From assembly GCA_016286245.1 (NCBI GenBank), contig JAEESG010000002.1:1-63432 (forward strand): 63,432 nt of DNA, read 5' to 3'. Positions 35,445-41,383 of the stretch are shown piece by piece. The stretch's first letter is position 1. Every line of letters starts with the position of its first letter. Below the pieces are notes generated by a model. That model was not told where the DNA came from, ran no database searches, and saw only the letters and a list, made by a program, of their open reading frames with translations. Origin of the DNA: Clostridiales bacterium. GTDB lineage: Bacteria > Bacillota > Clostridia > Oscillospirales > CAG-382. The position numbers were made by a program, and so were the translations under genes.

Positions 35445-35545
35445 TTAAAAAGCCTCCGTTTCGGGTCAAATTGTTTTTCGTTTTGTCCGCCCTTATGATA
35501 ACACAAACGAAAAAATATTTCAAGGTCAAAAAAATTGCAAAAAAA

Positions 35546-35608
35546 TGTAAAGGGTACTTGACATTTTCAAAAAACGTGCTATAATAAAAATGTAAAGCAA
35601 ACTTTACA
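35546..35608 (+). promoter_or_regulatory. Sigma-A promoter with a palindromic operator for the XRE operon
   Basis: TTGACA (35558-63), 16 nt, TATAAT (35580-85). Inverted repeat TGTAAAG-caaa-CTTTACA (35591-35608) at the expected transcription start, plus an extra TGTAAAG half-site at 35546-52. Confidence 0.55.
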
Positions 35609-35628
35609 TCACGTTCGGAGGTGCAAAA

Positions 35629-35826
35629 ATGCAAAACAGAATAGCAGAGCTGCGCAAGGAGCAGAAAATCACGCAGCAGGAGCTTGCCGATAAGCTTTTC
35701 GTCTCGCGCCAGACGATAATTTCGCTCGAGAGCGGAAAATACAGCCCGTCGCTGCCCCTTGCGCACAAAATCGCGTCGGCGTTCGGGCGCGCGATAGAAG
35801 AAATATTCGTATTTGAGGAGGAATAA
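35629..35826 (+). CDS. XRE-family helix-turn-helix transcriptional regulator (65 aa)
   Basis: ..LRKEQKITQQELADKLFVSRQTIISLESGKYSPSLPLAHKIA.. is a canonical Cro/C1 HTH. Confidence 0.85.
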   Translation: MQNRIAELRKEQKITQQELADKLFVSRQTIISLESGKYSPSLPLAHKIASAFGRAIEEIFVFEEE

Positions 35827-35828
35827 TC

Positions 35829-36230
35829 ATGTACAGCACAAAAAGAATGATATATTACGGTATTTTAACGGCGGCAGGCGTGGCGCTTGTACTTTTGTCG
35901 GTGTTTGAGGTTCTCGAAAACTTTTGGGGCGGCCTCGGAGGCGGTCTTGCGGGAGTAGGCGCGATACGGCTGTTTCTCGGCGTAAAATACAGAAAAGATG
36001 AGAAGTACGCGAAAAAAATCGACGTTGAGCAGAAGGACGAGAGAATAATTTTCATTTCGTCAAAGGCAAAATCGTGGGCATATTATGTTACCATACTCGG
36101 CGTTGCCGTCGCGTCGCTTATACTTCGCGGCTTCGGGCTTGACGAAGCCGCACAGACGTGTTTTTACGTGCTTTACGGAATGCTCATAGTGTACCTTGTC
36201 GCTTTTATGATACTCAACAGGAAATATTGA
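35829..36230 (+). CDS. Small membrane protein co-transcribed with the XRE regulator
   Basis: Four predicted TM segments. The start lies 3 nt after the regulator's stop, which is the common regulator-plus-membrane-partner layout. Confidence 0.6.
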   Translation: MYSTKRMIYYGILTAAGVALVLLSVFEVLENFWGGLGGGLAGVGAIRLFLGVKYRKDEKYAKKIDVEQKDERIIFISSKAKSWAYYVTILGVAVASLILRGFGLDEAAQTCFYVLYGMLIVYLVAFMILNRKY

Positions 36231-36276
36231 ATCCCTTCCTTGCGTCAATAATTATGTAAACCAAATACAAAAAGAG

Positions 36277-36305
36277 AAAATCACGGCGGTTGCCGTGATT
36301 TTCGT
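36277..36305. terminator. Bidirectional rho-independent terminator
   Basis: Hairpin aaaatcacggc(36277-87)/gccgtgatttt(36292-302), between convergent genes, with T-runs on both strands. Confidence 0.6.
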
Positions 36306-36314
36306 TTGTTTTGA

Positions 36315-36569
36315 TTAAAAAGAGCCGTACTTCTGTTTTGCGGCGTCGATTTTCTGCGCATCCGCCTTTGCCTCGGGATACCAGCCCTTTGCGCTCATCT
36401 TGTTGTAGATGTCGTTTTGTGCGCAGAGCGTGTCGTTGAAGGCGGCGGCGAAAGCCGAATGAACGGCGGGCGTCGCGGACTCTATCGCACCGTGCATAAA
36501 GAGGTCGCACGCGCCTTTGGCGCTGCTCAAGATATTGCTCATGATAAGTTTGTCGTCCATAATAATCAT
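36315..36569 (-). CDS. Spore coat protein, CotF-like (Coat_F domain)
   Basis: ..DKLIMSNILSSAKGACDLFMHGAIESATPAVHSAF..FNDTLCAQNDIYNKMSAKGWY.. matches the Coat F family pattern. Confidence 0.7.
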   Translation of the reverse strand: MIIMDDKLIMSNILSSAKGACDLFMHGAIESATPAVHSAFAAAFNDTLCAQNDIYNKMSAKGWYPEAKADAQKIDAAKQKYGSF

Positions 36570-36591
36570 CCTTTCGCTTTATTTGATACGG

Positions 36592-36780
36592 TCAGCATGC
36601 TGCGGAAGAAAGCACGCCGTACAGCTTCGTATAGCCGTCGGTATATTTTGCTTCAAGGCTTTGAACGAAGGTTTTGAGCTCGGGGTCGGAAATCTGAGGA
36701 GCGAAAGACGCGCACAAATCCCTCATTTCCTTCTGGTGAGAGAGCGCGTCTTCGATATAAAGAAGTTCTTTCGGCGACAT
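36592..36780 (-). CDS. Small spore-coat-associated protein, the usual partner of CotF-like genes in Clostridia
   Basis: 62 aa with a ..LLYIEDALSHQKEM.. pattern. It sits immediately upstream of the CotF-like gene. The call rests mainly on context. Confidence 0.5.
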   Translation of the reverse strand: MSPKELLYIEDALSHQKEMRDLCASFAPQISDPELKTFVQSLEAKYTDGYTKLYGVLSSAAC

Positions 36781-36872
36781 AAAATTACCTCCAATAAATA
36801 TTTGCGTATCGCATTTTTATTTTTGCCGCAAACGGAAAAAATATTCACAAAAAACGCAAAAAAGCGCAGGAC

Positions 36873-36901
36873 TTGATTTTTTGAAAGTTTTGGTGTATAA
36901 T
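36873..36901 (+). promoter_or_regulatory. Sigma-A promoter for the M23 peptidase gene
   Basis: TTGATT (36873-78), 17 nt, TATAAT (36896-901). Confidence 0.5.
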
Positions 36902-36962
36902 ATCAAAATGTCGGAATATTTCCAATTCCGCCAAAATCTTGAAAAAAGGAGGGGAAGTGCTT

Positions 36963-38879
36963 ATGAACGGCGAGAGCAGGCGCAAAAACGTGTCGCTTTT
37001 TGGCGAAAAAGAAGACGCTTTTCAGACCGAAGAAGAGCTGAGAAAAGAAATTGTTTCACGTGAAACAATTCTTTCGGGCACAAATTTCGCAAAGCTTTAC
37101 CGTCTTTTCAGAAACGGCGGGCTCAAGCGCTTTGAAAGCGCTTATAACGCTTATTACGTTCTTTGCCATAATAAGTACGAGGCCTCCGAAAAAGCGATAA
37201 AGAAAAAATATAAGTCGGTGCCGGAACATCCTCACGAATGGGCGTCTGACAAAAAGAAAACGCACAAGAAGAATTTCTGGGGATTCTCTCTTGCAACGAT
37301 GAATTTTACGCACGCTTTGTCGCAGGGCGTAAAGAAAACGTACAGAAAATTTGTTTCGACGATAGGAAAAATCGCAAGAATTCCCGCAAATCTGGACAGC
37401 TCGCACAAAGCCTTCAGAATACTTAAAAGACTCTTCAGCGGCGCCGTACTGCCGCTTTTTGCCGCGGCAATCATCGCTTACACGGCTTTTGCCGTAGCGT
37501 CGGGAGTAAACAGAGACTACGCCGTGGGAGTATACGTCGACGGTGAATACGTCGGCTGTACGGAAAACGTAAACGAGGTTCTCTCGATAAAACGCACCTA
37601 TGAGAAAAAGCTGACCGAGAGGTTCGGCGCGCAGGCGGTGCTTAAATGCAATATTGATTTCGTTCCCGAAAAAGCAGACAAGGACCGCGTTATCCTGCCC
37701 GGCGACACGTCGATTTTCGACGGGTATCTTCAGAATTATATTAAAGACGGATACGGACTGTACATCGACGGAAAGCTCGCCGCCGTAACCGATACGGAAA
37801 TATGGCTCAAATCCGCCGTGGACGATTTCCTTGAAGAACAGAAGCGCTCCTTTTTCAACTACTACAGCGTAAACGCGGCGGGCGAGGACGAAATTCTGTT
37901 AAACAACAATATTACGATTATTTCCGACAAATATCCGAGCGATTTCTTCCTGTCGAGAACGGAAATAAGAGAACTGTTTTCGCTTCCGGTTTTCAGCGAC
38001 GAGGACGACGATTCAATAAAAGAGCGGCACTTACATTTTATAGATTGGGAAAACTTTGAGCGTCGCGCTTCCGAAAAAGTAAGCTTCAACTACTCGATAG
38101 ACTACAACAACGTGCTCGGCGCGCAGAACGGAGACGGCGGCGGGAACGGCGTTGTAAGCGCAATGGCTCCGTCGGGAGGCGAAAACGTGTCGGTTGACAT
38201 CGTTTTCGCGAGAAACGAAGTCGAAAAGATAGCAATTCCGTACGAGACGGTAACGGTCGACGATCCGAACATGCGAAAGGGTCTGCGAAGGCTCAAAACG
38301 CCCGGCGAGAACGGCGAAAAGACGGTAACGAGCAGAGTTACCTATATGAAAGGAAAGAAAGTCAAGGTCGAAGTTATCGGCGAGGAAATCACGAAAGAAC
38401 CCGTAAACAAAATCGTGCGCGTGGGAACAAGAGAGCCGGTTGAGGGCGAAGAAGACGCATATCTGCCGACGGGAACGTACATTTATCCGTACAAAGGACG
38501 CATTACGAGCCTTTACGGCTGGCGCGTTTTCGGAGGAAGCTACAATTTCCACCAGGGACTCGATATATGCGGACCGAAAGGCGATCCGGTCGTTGCCGCA
38601 GACGCGGGAGAAGTCATTGACGTCGGGGTAACGAGAGGATACGGAAATTACGTGCTTATACGGCACGACGAGGACACCGTAACAAGATACGCGCACTGCG
38701 ACGAAATTCTCGTTGAAGTGGGCGACAGCGTCGCGCAGGGCTCGCAGATAGCGACTCTCGGCTCGACGGGCAACGCGACGGGCGTACACGTTCACTTTGA
38801 GATAATAATCAACGGCTCGACGGTTGACCCGCTTCCGTACATGGCGGGAGAACAGCTCGAAATACTTTATAACTATTGA
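36963..38879 (+). CDS. Membrane-anchored peptidoglycan metalloendopeptidase (G5 domain plus peptidase M23)
   Basis: TM segment GAVLPLFAAAIIAYTAFAVA. G5-like PYETVTVDDPNMRKG..KTPGENGEKTV...IVRVGT. M23 motifs HQGLDI, GYGNYVLIRH and GVHVHFEI. ATG at 36963 follows AGGAGGGGA. Confidence 0.85.
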   Translation: MNGESRRKNVSLFGEKEDAFQTEEELRKEIVSRETILSGTNFAKLYRLFRNGGLKRFESAYNAYYVLCHNKYEASEKAIKKKYKSVPEHPHEWASDKKKTHKKNFWGFSLATMNFTHALSQGVKKTYRKFVSTIGKIARIPANLDSSHKAFRILKRLFSGAVLPLFAAAIIAYTAFAVASGVNRDYAVGVYVDGEYVGCTENVNEVLSIKRTYEKKLTERFGAQAVLKCNIDFVPEKADKDRVILPGDTSIFDGYLQNYIKDGYGLYIDGKLAAVTDTEIWLKSAVDDFLEEQKRSFFNYYSVNAAGEDEILLNNNITIISDKYPSDFFLSRTEIRELFSLPVFSDEDDDSIKERHLHFIDWENFERRASEKVSFNYSIDYNNVLGAQNGDGGGNGVVSAMAPSGGENVSVDIVFARNEVEKIAIPYETVTVDDPNMRKGLRRLKTPGENGEKTVTSRVTYMKGKKVKVEVIGEEITKEPVNKIVRVGTREPVEGEEDAYLPTGTYIYPYKGRITSLYGWRVFGGSYNFHQGLDICGPKGDPVVAADAGEVIDVGVTRGYGNYVLIRHDEDTVTRYAHCDEILVEVGDSVAQGSQIATLGSTGNATGVHVHFEIIINGSTVDPLPYMAGEQLEILYNY

Positions 38880-38896
38880 TGTTTCACGTGAAACGT

Positions 38897-38936
38897 TAAA
38901 AAAAGACGGCGGATTTTCCGCCGTCTTTTCATTTTT
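38897..38936. terminator. Bidirectional rho-independent terminator
   Basis: Hairpin aagacggcgg(38903-12)/ccgccgtctt(38918-27) with an A-run and a T-run. It abuts the stop of the convergent S53 peptidase gene. Confidence 0.65.
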
Positions 38937-40020
38937 CAAGCGCGCTTATGTTCGGCGCGCCGAGTCCGGTGCAAAAGTCGTATCCGAAGAGGGCCTTGTA
39001 TTTTCCACTGTTTCCGGTGTGCACGTCGTAAAACGCATACTGCGGGTTTGCGTAATGCGTTTTTCCCGCACGGGCGTATAAGTATTCCGACATGCTGTTA
39101 TAATTTTTGTAATCCGTACTTTTTTGGATAATTCTTGCGCACATGCCCGCAAAAACGGGCGCACTGACGCTTGTACCGCCGACCGACGTAAAACCGCCCA
39201 TGCCCGATATGTAAACGGAATATCCCGGAACGTCCGCGGCGTTGAGAGATACGTCCGGAGTCGCGCGGGCACGTCCCGAAAGGGACGAAAGCCCTTTGAA
39301 ACGGCGCTGCCATACGGGTATCCCCGTGTATCTGCTCGGTCCGCCGCCGCCGTGCGGCCACGCACTTCTTTCAAAGGACTTCCCGGCTACGTTCGTGTGA
39401 AGAACGCAGCCGCCCGCGCTTATGACGTGCGAAGACGACGACGGATAGAACACGGTCGAGCCGACGTCTCCCGACGACGCGACGTATACCGCCTTGTTCT
39501 GCGCAAAAAGGCGGTCAATTTCAAGCTGAGCGGAATATTCTTCTGCGCCGAAGCTCATGGAAATCACGTCGGCGCGAAGTTCTCGCACCGCGTATTCTGC
39601 GGCGAGCGCAAGTGATGACAAATCTGCGTTTTTCGCGACGACGCAGACTATTTCGGCGTACGGAGCAATTGCGTACGCCCACTGGCTGTCCGCATGTATT
39701 TCCGCAGCCCATTTGCTGTCGCAGAGTGCGCTTGCACCGAACGGATATTCAATTTCAAGGCTGTTTTCGGGCAGGGAATACGCTTTGCCGAATTTTTCAA
39801 AATCGCTTTTCGCGCTGTCGGAGCCGAAAGCCTCGATAAGCGCGATTTTTACGTTTTTTCCGGGGCTTTCGCTCAAATCCGTGCCGTATGCGGCGTAAAC
39901 GTCGGTCGGCGTAAGCGGGGGAGAAGCCGATTTTTCCGGAAACGACACAAACGGGCGTGCGCGGGGGTGCGAAAGCGGGAATTTCGGGATTTTTTCTTCG
40001 GAAAAAGCGTTTATTTTCAT
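38929..40020 (-). CDS. S8/S53 (sedolisin-like) serine peptidase
   Basis: ..AAEIHADSQWAYAIAP.., ..SSGDVGS.. and ..GGTSVSAPVFAGM.. resemble the E/D/S catalytic blocks of S53 peptidases. I saw no obvious signal peptide. Confidence 0.7.
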   Translation of the reverse strand: MKINAFSEEKIPKFPLSHPRARPFVSFPEKSASPPLTPTDVYAAYGTDLSESPGKNVKIALIEAFGSDSAKSDFEKFGKAYSLPENSLEIEYPFGASALCDSKWAAEIHADSQWAYAIAPYAEIVCVVAKNADLSSLALAAEYAVRELRADVISMSFGAEEYSAQLEIDRLFAQNKAVYVASSGDVGSTVFYPSSSSHVISAGGCVLHTNVAGKSFERSAWPHGGGGPSRYTGIPVWQRRFKGLSSLSGRARATPDVSLNAADVPGYSVYISGMGGFTSVGGTSVSAPVFAGMCARIIQKSTDYKNYNSMSEYLYARAGKTHYANPQYAFYDVHTGNSGKYKALFGYDFCTGLGAPNISALEK

Positions 40021-40120
40021 CGTTTTTCCTCCTTTTATATATAGTAGAGCGTATAAATTGCGGTCTTTGCTTTATTATATGGAAAAGGGAGGAAAAAAGT
40101 ACGAAAAAATAACAAAACAC

Positions 40121-40149
40121 TTGACAAAAAAAGCAAAGTGTGATATACT
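40121..40149 (+). promoter_or_regulatory. Sigma-A promoter for tRNA-Pro
   Basis: TTGACA (40121-26), 17 nt, TGaTATACT (40141-49). The tRNA 5' end lies 16 nt downstream. Confidence 0.55.
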
Positions 40150-40164
40150 CTTCCCGTATCTGAT

Positions 40165-40241
40165 CGGGGTGTGGCTCAGTTTGGTAGAGTGCTTGGTTCG
40201 GGACCAAGAGGCCGGAGGTTCGAATCCTCTCACTCCGACCA
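40165..40241 (+). tRNA. tRNA-Pro (anticodon CGG), CCA encoded
   Basis: Manual cloverleaf: acceptor CGGGGTG/CACTCCG, anticodon stem CTTGG/CCAAG with loop TTCGGGA, T-arm GGAGG-TTCGAAT-CCTCT, 3' ACCA. Confidence 0.9.
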
Positions 40242-40246
40242 AAAAA

Positions 40247-40280
40247 ATATCCTCTCGCAACGCGGGAGGATATTTTTTTG
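40247..40280 (+). terminator. Rho-independent terminator of tRNA-Pro
   Basis: 12-bp stem atatcctctcgc/gcgggaggatat with loop aac, followed by T7 (40274-80). Confidence 0.65.
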
Positions 40281-40662
40281 GTCGGGAGCCCCGACGGGCA
40301 ATTACGCGTCAAGGCTCTCGCTTTTTTATACTTTAATTCTCGCGGAGAAATATTAACGGTATTATAAGCGAAAAGGAGCCCCGACGGGCAATTACGCGTC
40401 AAGGCTCTTGCATTTTTATACTTTAATTCTCGCGGAGAAATATTAACGGCATTATAAGCGAAAAGGAGCCTCGACACGCAAACCCGCATCAAGGCTGTCG
40501 GACTTTGCGGTTTTATCCCTCGCGATAAACTATGTATTAAGAGATTCGAACCTTAGTCGGGAGCCCCGACAGGCAATCGAGAGCCTCGACAGGCAATTTC
40601 GCGGCAAGGCTGTCGGGCTTTTGAGGCTTTATCCCTCGCGATAGGTGGGAGGATATTTTTTT
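40281..40662 (+). repeat. Tandem array of four units of about 90 bp: two near-identical and two diverged
   Basis: Unit 1 (40285-40374) and unit 2 (40375-40464) differ at 3 of 90 positions. Units 3 (40465-40555) and 4 (40556-about 40646) share the ggagcc(c/t)cgac.. start and a ..caaggctgtcgg.ctttg.gg.tttatccctcgcgata 3' module. The 16-mer gggaggatattttttt occurs at both 40264-79 and 40647-62. Confidence 0.8.
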
Positions 40663-40713
40663 GCATGAAAATGGAAGGATTTGAACCTTAAGAAGGCGGA
40701 AAAGAAAAAAGAA

Positions 40714-40745
40714 AATGAATAATGAAGAATGAATAATGAATAATT
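40714..40745 (+). repeat. Heptamer microsatellite-like array (A/G)TGAATA / ATGAAGA
   Basis: aatgaataatgaagaatgaataatgaataatt, about 4.5 periods of 7 nt, followed directly by hairpin caaaaccgc/gcggttttg (40752-40773). Confidence 0.7.
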
Positions 40746-40785
40746 AAGGAGCAAAACCGCGTTTGCGGTTTTGTACTTTTAATTA

Positions 40786-40813
40786 AGAAAAGCCGTCGTT
40801 TCGACGGCTTTTT
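40786..40813 (-). terminator. Rho-independent terminator of the small zinc-ribbon gene
   Basis: Hairpin aagccgtcg/cgacggctt (40789-40810) with A/T runs on both sides, 30 nt past the stop at 40843. Confidence 0.55.
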
Positions 40814-40842
40814 GCGGCTTTTGTGCGCACAGACAATGCTTT

Positions 40843-41130
40843 TTACAGCAGCTGTCCGCAATATTCGCAGAATTTTCCGCTTCCCGCGGGGGCGCCGCAG
40901 TTCTTACAGAATTTCGGCTTAAGCGTTTCCGGTTGAGCGGGTTTTTCGAGAATCTGCGAAGCGTTTTCGAGCAGTCTCTTTCTCTCGGCCTCGTCGTCGG
41001 CTATCATTTTACGCGCCCGCTCTTCCGCTTCGGCGCGCTCTTCGGGCGAAAGCTTTTCCATAGCTTCGCGCAAATCCTTTTTCGCCTTTTCAAGCATTTT
41101 TTCAAGCTCTTCTCTCGTGTAGTTTTCCAT
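40843..41130 (-). CDS. Small coiled-coil protein with a C-terminal zinc ribbon (95 aa), function unknown
   Basis: The charged helical N-terminal two-thirds (MENYTREELEKMLEKAKKDLREAMEKLSPEERAEAEERARK...) is followed by FCKNCGAPAGSGKFCEYCG. I prefer the start at 41130, because the longer ORF would run through its own promoter and a hairpin. Confidence 0.55.
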   Translation of the reverse strand: MENYTREELEKMLEKAKKDLREAMEKLSPEERAEAEERARKMIADDEAERKRLLENASQILEKPAQPETLKPKFCKNCGAPAGSGKFCEYCGQLL

Positions 41131-41163
41131 ATTTACCGCCCTTTCCGCAAATTCCTTTTTTTC

Positions 41164-41192
41164 ATTATACCACAAACCCGAAATAATTTCAA
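41164..41192 (-). promoter_or_regulatory. Sigma-A promoter for the small zinc-ribbon gene
   Basis: Minus strand: TTGAAA (41192..41187), 17 nt, TGgTATAAT (41172..41164). Confidence 0.55.
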
Positions 41193-41200
41193 ACAATGAA

Positions 41201-41236
41201 AAAAGCCGTAAACTTTGAGCAAGTTTACGGCTTTTC
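41201..41236. terminator. Orphan terminator-like hairpin
   Basis: aagccgtaaact/agtttacggctt stem (41205-41233) with an A-run before and TTTT after. No CDS ends next to it. Confidence 0.4.
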
Positions 41237-41241
41237 ACCTC

Positions 41242-41276
41242 AATTATTCACTATTCATTATTAATTCTTCATTATT
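41242..41276 (-). repeat. Heptamer array, inverted with respect to 40714-40745
   Basis: The reverse complement reads aataatgaagaattaataatgaatagtgaataatt, the same RTGAATA/ATGAAGA period-7 pattern. Confidence 0.7.
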
Positions 41277-41301
41277 TGGCTCCCGACACGGCGAAAAGCG
41301 G

Positions 41302-41330
41302 TTGACATTAAATGTGCGGCATGCTATAAT
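41302..41330 (+). promoter_or_regulatory. Consensus sigma-A promoter for the zinc-ribbon/ABC operon
   Basis: TTGACA (41302-07), exactly 17 nt, TATAAT (41325-30). Confidence 0.65.
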
Positions 41331-41383
41331 CAAGTTTGGGATAATAAATATATTATATATCATATATGAACGGAGGAATCATT

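Noticed and set aside
39797-40492. 231-aa minus-strand ORF spanning the tRNA-Pro region and the 90-bp repeats.
   Set aside because: It reads through the S53 peptidase 5' end, the tRNA gene and the tandem array. Its repeated peptide (..NISPRELKYK.ARALTRNCPSGL..) is just the translated DNA repeat. There is no plausible start context.
40281-40662. Possible CRISPR array.
   Set aside because: The units abut one another with no unique spacers, the period is 90 bp, the units degenerate along the array, and no cas genes are present in the window.
40541-40687. tRNA pseudogene or att-site remnants, suggested by the T-arm-like motifs gagattcgaacc and ggatttgaacc.
   Set aside because: Only the T-loop-like 11-12 nt are recognisable. 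No acceptor or anticodon arms can be folded around them. They are kept as a note within the repeat-array finding, not as a feature.
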